DNA of 64,000 nucleotides from Chrysomallon squamiferum. Lineage: Eukaryota > Animalia > Mollusca. The stretch lies in assembly GCA_012295275.1 (NCBI GenBank), contig CM022670.1:38316001-38380000 (forward strand). Reading direction: 5' to 3'. The notes under the pieces are model-generated. The model saw nothing but the letters and a program-made list of their open reading frames with translations. It was not told the DNA's origin and ran no database searches. The stretch's first letter is position 1. Each line of letters opens with the position of its first letter. Shown in pieces: positions 13,163-25,800 of this stretch. The translations under genes were made by a program, and so were the position numbers.

Positions 13163-14320
13163 CAACAACAACAACAACAACAACTAAAATATTTCCACCA
13201 TCTCTTATAATATAACAGTGGATTTATATATCCTGGATTTTATCAGATTAAATAACTAGTGATAAATTATTGGTTAAATAATTCACTATCTAATGAATGA
13301 CAAAAAATACTTTTATTATTAACAATTAATATGTGTCAAATATATCTGTCTATACTGATATATTGCCATCACTCGTAGGGGCAAAGAATCTAATTTATGC
13401 ACCTTCTCATAGACTCAGAAAAACTGGAGTCTTTCAGAAACTAGAGTGATGACAATTTGAAAACAGCTTAACCCTAGACTGACACTGCTCATGACAGAGT
13501 TCTAATTTTAAAACAATATGTTGACATGCTCTTTAAAAAATTAATAATAATAATAATAATAATAGTACGCAATTATACCTCAGTACAAAATGGTGTAAGT
13601 TCTTTGTGTACTTGTGGTTGAACATACTGATGAAACTGTGATTCAATCTTCAAGTTTTTGGCATTAACCTTAAGACAGGGAAATTCTATGATTTCCTGAA
13701 ACATTGAAGAAACAATATTATGTGTATCATACACAACAGCATAAGAAGCAGAGATAAAATAAAGAATGGGTGGTTTATGTTACATCAGTTTTGCAATTGA
13801 CAATTATGTAGCCAATCATTCTATAATTTAATACTGTTTGATAAATCTGCCTCAAAATTATTTTTATATTGTCTTGAAGCACATTTATCAGTCATAAATA
13901 GCTGCACTGTGAGAAATAAAATGTCTTGATATTAACTTGACGGAATAAATTAAATTTAAACTGAATAAATTTATAATGTGAATGAATATTGAACAATACC
14001 CCAGTTTAAAATCTGCTTTGCCTTTTAAACTACCTTAAATTACCGTATTACAAATCTGTCTCTGAGTATGGTATTAAATAATATATCTATATTAATAAAT
14101 ATAAATATAACTGATTCAAAAAGACAAAAATCATTAAAACAGATTATAAACTTTAAATCAAATTTAAACAGTATATAATTATAAATTTTAATAACAACAA
14201 CAGTAATAATAATAAATCATACCTGAGGAACTAGTCGCCTAGTATCGTCACATGTTGCTTCAAAATCTAACACTAAAAAATAATCAAACTTCTGTTTTGG
14301 AAAAGATTTTTTTCTGCCAT
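10523..14320 (-). CDS. ERI3: ERI1 exoribonuclease 3 (DEDDh 3'-5' exonuclease)
   Basis: Exons 14320-14223 (FPKQKFDYFLVLDFEATCD..PQ; needs +1 A in an A7 run), 13695-13579 (EIIEFPCLKVN...FHQYVQPQVHKELTPFCTE), 12825-12766 (LTGIIQDMIDGKP), 12111-12020 (IFVTCGDWDLKT), 11581-11509 (LPSQC...KWINIKK), 11039-10943 (GRYHSGI), 10611-10523 (DDSKNIANILTTMIQKGYVFKQTLPF). ACCATGG Kozak at the 14320 start. Confidence 0.93.
13109..13184. repeat. (AATGAT)n followed by (AAC)n microsatellite in an ERI3 intron
   Basis: Direct runs. Confidence 0.9.
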
Positions 14321-14962
14321 GGTCGTAATGGTATTTGTTTGCGAATGTACTGTCCGAAATGTTTCAAGTGGAAGTTTGAAATACGACGGAAAAGAGCAAA
14401 CTGTATTGTACAGCTGCTCTGCACAACACGATGTTATATAGAGCCTTTGCATAACACGTAAGATCTAAAAATATATTTATCTGAAATATTATATGTTTCT
14501 TCGAAAGTGTAATCGGTAATGTAAAGAAATGCCACTTTCAATCTTACAGGTATGTGTGTAAGGATGGTCGTAGACTATTCCACTTTCGTTTTCTATCACA
14601 TACAGAAAGTATATGTTCGACGTAACATACTGAAGTGAAAGGTCTATTACTGATATTTCATACTTTCGTTTTCGAATGACGTAGCACAAAACAGTTGATT
14701 ACTCATTGAATAAAGAAATAATATCTAACAATAAATAACTAAACTTCATTTAATCTGCTGATGATGATAACAATAATTATGATAATACACACAAATAAAT
14801 AATATATGAAATTATGATTATCAATAGTATTAATATCGAAGTTTTTAATAGAAAATTAAATGATCAAACAAAAACAATTACAATGTGTAGGCTATAGTGT
14901 TTATTTCATTGGGTATGAACGCTGGACTCGGGAATGACCAATTAAAAGAAATAATACATAAC

Positions 14963-16060
14963 CTTGTCGGTTCGCCGCGTTTTATAGACTGATAATTTTT
15001 GGCAAGATGTATCAAAAGAACTAATTTTTCGGATAGAGGTCACAATTCACGCAATGTCTCGCGACCAAAAAGTATTAAAAATATAAATATATTTCATTTA
15101 ACTTGAAGTGGTGAGCTGCGGAATTTTAACGAATTTAATTCATACTGAAATTTTATGAAAGTAATTTACATTATAGTCAATTACAGTTTTCTTTTCTTTT
15201 CACTATAAAAACCATATCCACCAAAATTAGTGGGTTCTATTGAACATTAACGATCCATTCTTGTAGATTAATTTTAAGAACTGGACAAGAACGAGAACGA
15301 GAACGAGAACGAGAACAAATATAGTCCGTGTCCTCAGTGTAAAACATATCACACCTGTGATATGTGAGATGATTTTAACACACACACACACGATAATAAT
15401 TTGTTTGTTATTTTATCAAATAAAAATGATCTTTGAAACACTACAGAAAAAAAAAACAAAAAAAAAAAAACCTTGAACAATATGCATATGTAAATAACAA
15501 GTAATTTATCGAAATCAACATTTTGGTGTGGGCGGCGGCACCGATACAACGACAGCACAGTTTAGTAGGAACAATTGGTTTCATCCCAGAAAGTTATATT
15601 TTTGTTCAGTGCTCGAAAATATACTAGTTATCATAATTATAACATGCCACTTTTCTTACTCTATGATTGCAGGATTATTTGTGTGTGTGCGTGTTTTAAA
15701 TATCATTTATTATAGTTCCAAAATTACATTCATTTATTTTCAGTTTTGTCATTTAATATGTCATTTAGCATTAAATGATTCACTATAAATACGATTGAAA
15801 TAGAAACTCGTAACCACCCCCTGCACGTGACATTATTGACATACATAAAACTTTAATCAGCACTTCCGGGTTGTTTGCAATGGACTGGTATTTCGTTGAA
15901 TATAATAAGCAAAAACCAAAGGGTATTATTTTATACATAACCAGTGGACAATAAAATGGCGTCTTTAAGTTCGTAGTTTTCACTAATCGAAGATGTTAAA
16001 CAACATCATACGATGTTTCTGGAGTACATTTTTATATTTTTAGATATGAATAACAGTTAG
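14963..16060. promoter_or_regulatory. Divergent promoter region, ERI3 (-) / ZFYVE9 (+)
   Basis: CpG-enriched. E-box CACGTG ~15824, ETS-like CACTTCCGG ~15861, YY1-like AAAATGGCG 15953-15961. Candidate UTR-exon donors at ~14962 (minus) and 16061 (plus). Confidence 0.5.
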
Positions 16061-17067
16061 GTATCAATATTTATCATTTTAATTTTAACAAATCATTTTT
16101 TTTTCTTTGTATTATAGCAGACGGTAATCAGAAGTGTGCCGAAACCTGGCAGTGGCAGCTATGATCAGTCATTGAAACAACTTTAAATAAAATTAGCCAT
16201 TATTAGATTAATGATTAACATTACAAGTTGTTCGAAAATAATTATAAAATATTGTTAAAGTAGAACGTTTTAATAGACATATATTAAGCCCCAAAATAGC
16301 TGATCACTTTGACAAGAAAATAAATCCTTATCATATATTTTATTAATTAATAACTAGTAAATGTAAAAAAGTAAATCTATAATTTATAAAGCAATTCATT
16401 TTGTGCCAGCAATGGAAATACCTGATTTCTCTTTCTTGTGCTATCCTTCTTCTTTTTTTTTTTTTAAATGTTTTTATAAAATATATATTTGTGTATTTTA
16501 ATCATATGTATATTTACATTATTTTACAAAATAAATAAATAAAAATAAAAATAAATAAAATAAAATAAAATAACTTTTAAGAAGTTACTGATAATTTGAG
16601 TTGCCTTTTTACTTTATACATATTTACTATTAACACCTAGCAAAAAAGGGTCCATACAGCTGTTCACAGTGTAGAGCCATATAACATTTAAATCTGGCCC
16701 TGCACCTATTTGACATCATATCCCACAAAAACTTTATTTTTACTTTATCTTCTTTATGATACAATTACACTGATGTAAAACAGTCCATATAACTATTATA
16801 AAAACAGGCACAACACAAATATCGTTATTTATCAGTCACAGTATAGATATTTTTATTTAACAGTCAGAAAAGTTAATCTTATGAACACTAATTTATTCCA
16901 TCTCAACATCTGCAAAACACTTCTTTTGTTAATGTACAAGAAACTTATACATGGCATGAATTTTTTTTATTTTACGTTTTCAGCTTGTTTTATTTTTGTT
17001 TATTTTATAAGTTGTAAATGTTTTTGTTTTGTTTAACTTTCAGATATTTAATTAATTTGTTCCAAGC

Positions 17068-20000
17068 ATGGATTTTGTTGATTTGGACAAGGTGTTAGAT
17101 GAGTTTGAAGAAGAGGGTAGGTGCATATAATACTTAAAATAACCTACAGATATTACATATGTGTCAGTCATAAAAAAATGTATGAACTACCACAGATACT
17201 AAAACACTTGTTCATTATTTGAAATGAAATAATAAATATTAAATATTAAATATAATTTTTTTTTTTTTTATAATTTTTTTTTATCATTTCTGTATTGAAT
17301 TCTGGTATTATTATTTGGATATAATGAAGGGGTTGGACAGAAACCTGTCAAAATCCACCCATTTATTGTATCCGTTTATACTTTATTCAGATTCTTCTGA
17401 ACATCAAATAGCAAATGTTTTTGCATTTATTAAACAATAATACCATCTGACCATGTTTTGGAATATGTTTCTCAGACTGAGCTGCTGATTTAGTGGTTGT
17501 GAACATTCACTAATTATTGTTCCAGTTATTATAATTTTAAAACAAATGATATTCTAACAATATTTTTCTTTCTGTACTTCAGAAAAAGCTGCTAACTGTA
17601 TTAATCCTGGCCAGGAGATACGGCCAAGTGGTTACGCAGAGTTTATTGAATCTCATCAAGATCAACCTTGGGAGACCTTATCATGTGTTCCTGCCGTTGT
17701 CAAATCAGTGGTGTTCACAGATAATACTAAAAGTTCTACGAGTGTGATGTATGATTATAGCATGCCTTATGAAGTCGCCTCCCAGCCAACAGTCACAGAT
17801 GTTGGAAAACTAGCTGATTTTAAGCCTGTCAGCAGTAGCAGTGAATACACACAGACCACTCACTCCATGCTTGTAAATCAGGACTGTGGTGAATCGCACG
17901 TGTTACAAAATGAAAATTTCATTAATACAAAACCAGTGACCTTCAATCAGAATCTGAAAGAGAATGACAGTCATCCACCATCCTACTCAATAACTTATGA
18001 TGAAAACACCAACGGTTCTGTGTACACAGTCATGAACTCCCCTTATTTCCAACATAACGGAAGCCTGTCGCCAGAGCATGCAAAGACTCAGAAGAAGAGC
18101 ATCAAAGCTTCTCAGGTTACAGCCGTGCAGACGGATGCACTGACCCCTCGGACGGAGAGAGAACTTGATTCCATGCAGTTTCCAAAGACGGGTATCATTG
18201 TTGAAGGACACGATCAAAACGACGTTCACGTTTTGCGAATTTCCCCAGAGTCCATTCCCAACAGCAGTGAAACGAGTGATCAGCATTCTTCAAATGAAAA
18301 TGAACTAAAAGATTCACCCTATGCAAACACGCAGTTACATGTTGATCATTGTGACGATCAGCAGATGGAGACCCTGCAGACTTTAAGTGACACCTGTGAT
18401 AAAAACGAACAAAAGGATTTGAGTACCGAAACAGACTGTTATTCAGTTTCTAATGTTACACACGAGCCTGTCCTTGATGAAGAAACCTTCACTTCCATGC
18501 AGTCTTTCAGTGATGAAAAAAATATTGCAAGTTGTAATATAACTGAAATGAGTTCTGAAGAAAAAACCCACACTGATGTTGTTGGGTTTAGTGATGGTGA
18601 TGTGAATATTAGTGATAAAGAAGTATTAGAATATTTAGCTGATGAAGACAATGTTGATGCAATTGATGGTGCAACTGCTGAACTCTGCAATATGGAGAGA
18701 AACACTAACAATAAAGAAGATCCTGATATTGTAATGGATACTGATCAGACTTACTCAACCCTGGTAGACAAAGAAATCAGTTATGTAAATGATAACACAA
18801 CTGTTCAGTCAATGCTGATGGAATCAGATAAGGACAATATCGAAGAATCTGCAACCAAAGACAAAACTTCGGAGACTGTAAATGTTTCAAGTGATGATAG
18901 AAGCTTTACTGAAGATGGAAAGATTGCGTCCGATTCTGGATTTGAAACAAATGACACAACTGAATCTAAAATATCAATGCAGGATCAATCTGAACCTAAA
19001 ATACCCAAATCTGAATCTGAAATTCTTTCAACTGATAAAAAGTGTGATAATGTTCAAGATAAAAATCAGTTTGATTCAGTCCAATCAGACATGGATTTAA
19101 CCATTAATTCACAAGTAACTGGGGCTGGAGCAAGGCCAAAGGAGCCAATGTTGAAACGAAATCGCCCCAACAGTTTGCTAGGTCTCTCAAAAATCAATTT
19201 GGATTCTCCTTTCAATCTAACTCAGACTGTGCCTGAAAGGACAGATAGTGGCGGAAATCGAGATTCATTAGGTGTGTCAAAAACTGGAATGTCAAATGCT
19301 GATGGAGGTCAAACATCAATCCTATATAATGAGGTTTCATCAGAAGATCTGATATCAAAAGGCCAGGGCAAAAAATGGATAAGTCCTCAACAGAAAAAAA
19401 TGATCAATCTGGAAATCAAGCAGCAGCTTGTACAAGAACAAAAACAGAGGATGGAGAATTATGGCTCCAATCTAGAGCAAGATGGATATTCTGCACTGGA
19501 TTCAGGTTTTCCTGGTCAGTCAGCAACAAATGTCTCTGACACTGAGTGTGGGCTGGGAATTTTGCCTGGTCCAATCGACATACAGCCTAGTGGTGTTTCT
19601 TCAGAAAAGTCTCTCATATCTGATATGAAAGACATATTAACTGTAGGCGATTCTGATGACAACAGTTCTTTAGATGTGCAAGGGCAAGATGACATGGCTA
19701 TTCTGAGACGAAGTGAGGACATGTCTGCTTCTATGAAAGCTACAAATTTTTCAGATGCTTCTCGGCCACATTCTTGGAGTCCTGGAGGAATAGAACAGTC
19801 TATGGTGCCTCAGAAAATGAAAAGGCCAACAAGCCTTAATCTTCCCCAAAGGCAGGATTTCAGTTTAAGTGCTGACAAGTCACCAGAGAATGCAGTTGAT
19901 AAACAACGAAGAATTGGAATGGTGCCTCCATCTGAAATTCCAGAAGAAAATGAATCCAGTGATACAGGTACACATTCTGTCGATTTTTCAAATAACTATT

Positions 20001-22849
20001 TAACATTATTATTAACTGCATTTATAATAAAAACCACTGTTTCTTTTTAATAGATGTTTTTTTTTATAATTCACTTAAAGTTAAGAAAAGGAAGAAAGAA
20101 AAAAAAATCTTTCTTATTATTATCAAAGAAAAACATTAAACAATCCCATAGAATTAAATTTTTTTTACTTCATGCTCAGTGTTAAGCACAATACAATTCT
20201 GCAGAATTGTTTGTAACTGTAGGGTCAACAAAAGTATGTTGTATAAACTGTTCATGGTTAAGTGTGTTTAGTTGCAGATGAAACCTCTACTGGCGAAGAA
20301 AATCAGAATGTTGGAGACAATGCTGAGGCTGTGGTGGCAGAAAGTCGACCACACGCCATCATTCAGCCTAACCTAGGCAAAGTTCGACCTACCTGGGTAC
20401 CTGACAGTGAGGCACCTAACTGCATGCAGTGCCAGTGCAAGTTCACTTTTACAAAGCGCCGTCACCACTGTAGAGCCTGTGGGAAGGTAAGTCTGTGTCA
20501 CTAATTTGTTCAGGTAAAAATAAACTTACTTCAGACTGAAAAACTTCAGCGTTATTCAGCATTTTCATACTTCTCTCAAGAGCTTTCTGAATCTTCAGTA
20601 AAGGTGACCAAGCAAAATAAAGCTGAGTTATTTGAGTATGTCAGGACATTTCAGAATTTGTTTTTTTTTCTTTTCATATACATTTGACAGTTTTAAAATC
20701 TCTCAAACCAAAAAATAAATGAGAATTAAAAAGGAAGAAAAATTTACTTTTTCAATTAAACACTTCACTTTCAGAATATATATGTATTATATTGTACAAA
20801 AAAATTGGAGTGATTTTAAGTTTTGGAATGTCTGTTTTAGGTGTTCTGCTCTTCGTGTTGCAATACCAAAAGTCATCTGTTTTATCTGGACATGAAGGAG
20901 GCAAGAGTCTGCCAGTCCTGCTATCAGATGCTTCAAACCGGTAAGACAGAACTGTTAAAAAAATGGGGGAAAAAAAGAAACACCAACAATGAAAAACAAA
21001 ACCAATAATAAAAGTTTAAATAAAAGTACAAAAAAGATAGCAACAAAGCATGTATTTTTTTTTTCTTTGTTGTCATATAATAATGTCTGGCATGTTAATT
21101 GATAAGGAATGGAAGTGTGATATGAAATAAGGAAAGAAAAGTTAAATGATAATGAAATACATTAATTTTAAAATATAATTAAAACATTTTTTACTTTGAC
21201 TTTAGTATGATTTGTTTGTTTTTTTGAATGGATGTGTGTCATAAATTATTTCAAATGAAAACTCAGCATTGTTGTTTTCATGGGATTATTTTAATTATGT
21301 TTTAATTAAAATTAGAATTTAGATAACATTTAATGATAGTAACAAAAAAGGAAAAAGGTTCATATTAGCAAATTAAATTAAATATGTTTGCATTTTTAAA
21401 ATAGTTACTAAAAAAAAATGTCAAAAAACTAATCTAAGCCATAGTTAGTGATATTGATATCAAATAATAATAATAACCAGTGCATTTTTAACACAAGAAA
21501 AATATTTGTATATATGTAGAAATGTTCACTTCTGTTGGATTAGTAATTTACATGGGACATATTAGTTCTTTTTTGAGGTTTCCAATATGATGACTGTAGT
21601 GTATGTTTTCTCTCTAGTTTCAAGGTAAGTTTGTCAGCTGTTGTAATAGAAAAATGTAACTAAATATTTAAAAACAAATAAAGCAATAATTACAGGTATA
21701 TAAACATTGGTAAACATTGCAGATACATTTTTCACTGGTTAACTTAATTATTGTTAATCGAATTATCTCATTTTATCAAATAGCTGTTATTAAATATTTT
21801 AGTATAGCTTTTTTTTACTGTTTTTAATGCATTATGTTTTTAATATGTTTATTTTATATTTTTGGTAACATATTTATATATTTTAAATTGTTATATTCAT
21901 AAATATCATAGATATTTTTACAGCACAAAGAAAAAACTCACCCTGCAAGGTTTTGTTAATCTATTTTAAGATTTTCATCAAAAACTGATTCATAAAATTG
22001 ACTGGAAAATAAAGTTCCTTCACACATGGAATAAACTATATTAAAACATAGTTTTAGTTAATATATAATATATCTGTATATATTTTTATTTATTTATTAT
22101 ATTAACGGATATATTTCGAAATTCATTCTTGAACTAGTGTTATTCTTGAATGAAGGCTTGCTTGCATACTAACTACAAATTAGTGCTATTTCATACTGGA
22201 AAGTAATATTTATATTGTTAAACTGAATAGTAATCACATATTTAGTGAACAGTATACAATAGTTCTTTTTATAAATAAATTTTAATACTGGAAATTTTCA
22301 GGTTCTAAACAGATCCAAACATTCTAAATAAATTTAAATGCATACAATATTTTAATTTTATTTTTATTATTATAGAAAATGTATACATTACTTTCATTTC
22401 CTTACTTAAATGCACATTTATTATGTATTATACAAGTGAAAGTGACTTTATACAATAATATTTTATTATTATCAAAAACAAAAAACAAATTGATTTAACA
22501 GATTTGATCTGTCATTTTGCATTGATTTGGTTGTAATTATTATTTATTTATAATATTTATTTATTTATTTATTTATTTATTTATGTCACTTTCCCTGGCT
22601 TTTCAAAACTAAAATTAAAAATAATTATATCAACCTTTTTTTGTCTTCTCCTACAAAAGTACTGGATTTTCCTTTTGACACAATACTCACTGAGTTCATG
22701 TAATATATGCATTTTAAAAGCTAATAATACTATCAGTAACATTAGTGTTAGAATTCAGCATATATTTGAAAGGTACTTATTTTATTGTGTTTTTAATTAT
22801 GGTGCAAATTTTAGGATCTCTGTGTTTTTTAAAAATTAATGTTTATATC

Positions 22850-22898
<49 letters not shown>

Positions 22899-25800
22899 TA
22901 TTTATTTAAAAATAAAAGCAGAAAACAAATTGCAGTTATGTATTGTTATTATTTCTTTCAAATTTTTGTATCATTTTTTGAATTATTTAATTTTGGTACG
23001 TTTGTTGGGTAATAATGAGAATCACATTTTGGTACAGCTGATAATTTTTTTTGTTTTTTTGTTTTGTTCTTTTTAGCCAGTTTTAAGTTGGGATGGCCAC
23101 TGAGTATCATGTTTTAACAAATGATCCATTGTTTGTAGAGCCACTGTTTTTTTTTTTTTTTTTTTTCAAGACCTTTTTTCATCCATATTTTTCACAAATG
23201 TTTAAAAACAATCTGTTAAATTAGGCCACTTCTGTGTAGATGCTTGTGTTCTATGCTAACTGTTAATTCCATATATCTGAATATTTTCTATAAACTTAAT
23301 GCATTTATCAGATATTTATAAACAAATATTTAAGTTTTTCATTTTTCTGCTTATTGCCCTTTTTTTTTTCTCTTGAAGGCATTATCTTGAATCAAAAATT
23401 AAAACAGCATGTTAAAGTAATATTTAATATACATTTTTTTTTTTTTTTTTTTTTGTAATGTGCTGAAATAACACACATTTGTTTTTCTGCCATCCATTTC
23501 TGCTAATAGGCTTGCATTTGATTGGCTTCTGTCTTATCACTTGACCGGTCATGTGACATTCCTACAGTCTGTCACATGACCTGTCATAAGATACTCACAT
23601 TTGCATTGTGCGGGACTAGTCTGATCCTGGCTTTCTGCTTGCTCTTCCCAGCTGATCCATCGTGTCACACAGATCTGCCAAGTCCTAACCCCAATAATCC
23701 GAGTGAATACTGTTCCACCATTCCTCCTAGTCAACAGGCCAGCCTTCGTGCACCTCTCCCGATGGTGCTAGTGCCAACACTCAAAAGACAGGGTGAGTTA
23801 TCTGCTCTTGGATGGTGGACAGTGTCTCATTGTTTATTTTTTTTTTTTTTTTTAGTCCCTTCATCTGTCCCACATTTTCTTTTCACTTGTTTTTTTTTTT
23901 TTTTTATAAATAAATTTTTCTTTATTTGTTTATTATTATTTATTAATATTTTTTTTATATATATATATTTATATATAAATATATATATCAGCACAATTGT
24001 TGTCTTTTTTGTGATTTTTTTTCCCTTTTTTGTTTGTTTTTTTGTTTACTATTTCGAATAGTGTGAAAATGAAATGCTTATCTGCATTCTTTCAGTGTTG
24101 TTTATTATTTTGTTTGTGTGAAAAGATATGTTAATATCTTAACTTGTTTTTGGTTTCATTTTTGTTTTTTTTGTTGTTGTATTTTTTTGTTTTTTTTTTA
24201 CTTTTGTTTTCTTTTAAATTGAAACCATATTACTCTTAATTTTATTAATGTCTCTCTAGTCAGTGTTAGTAAATGTTGTATTTAATTTGATCATATTCAG
24301 TGCCTGATTTGTTGCACACATTCTTTTCAAAGCTTCTACTTTCTACAGTTTGATATGATATCATTTCATTTTGGATTTAAGAAATATTAATTTCTTTGAA
24401 GACATGTTATTTTCATTTCATCTCGAAAAATATTTTATAATCAAGTTAATTTATATAGATTTAATTACTTTATATTTTAATATTTTGAAAAAATATTCAT
24501 ACATATATATGTGTATATATATATATATCTACAAAGAAAAAGCTGCATCTTGAAGAAAATTGTTAATTCTTTTTATGGTTTATGATTGATGCAAAGAATG
24601 CAAATCATCTGCTTATATTGTTATTATGATTATTATTATTATTTTTACTATGCTTGTAAATAAGTTATGTATTCACAGCACTTTATCAATTATAAAATAA
24701 TGCATATGCATATGGATCGTAAGTGTTCACTTTAAAGTCACTGCAAAAACAGCAAATTAATTCTAATGTGTTCTTGAAATAATTAAATGTTTAAAATGGT
24801 TTGTTTTTCACTGCTGGTTTAAACTGCCAATGGTGACTGCAAATATTGTTTCTGAATTGGCAAATGTAATTTAGTTTTTTAATCCAGATCTTTGATAGAT
24901 TTTACCATTTTACACAGTGCTGAAAAGCTAAAATAATTCACCAAAGTCACATATTATCTGTTAGGTCTGACAGTATAAAATCACTTGATGTTTGCTTGGT
25001 TTACTTGCATACACCACTAGAACACACTGGTTAATCCTGTCATAGGCTTTTTTATGTCAAACATCTGTAAATTCTGATATTTATCATCTTGAGAAGAAAC
25101 TGCATTCAAAAGTCATTTAATAACAGGATGAGAAGTTTATGTTCACATCACAACTTTGTTGTACATTATGTATAGCATTGCAGAGCATTGTTGAAATTGT
25201 TTTGTTGTGAGGCACTTGCACATTATCTTGAACATAAAACATGCAGTTAATAATCTCTTTCAGATCTTTATCACAGGAACAGATAATACATTTTAATTAC
25301 AGAAAGTGTAGTGAAAACGTGTGAAACATATTGGAACATTAAATTTCCAAAACATTCAGATATATGATATCTCAAAAATTAGCCAACTTCTTATCTTTAC
25401 ATTTTTTATTTTTTATTATTATTATTATTTTTTTATTTTTTTTGTGATTAAAAAATTTACTTGATTCTGATGAGTTTTAAAGCTTTTTAAATACAATTGT
25501 AGTACAACAGCATAATGTAATAAAAATTCATGATAACAGGTAATTACAAATCTCATGTATTAATGAAAACAAATGTGCATATTTCAAAATTTTATTACAT
25601 TTTGTTTTTATTTCTTTATGCATGGTTCACGTCTGCAGTTTTTCTTTTTAGCACTTTTTGCTAACTCAGATCACATGTGTAAGAATGAAAATGAGTTTGA
25701 TTAATGTGAACTTGGCTAGAAGTATGTTGTGGATTTCAGATGCAGCTGTAGAAATAGAAAATTAAACAAAAAGATAATAATCATGTTAAACGCTTCCATT

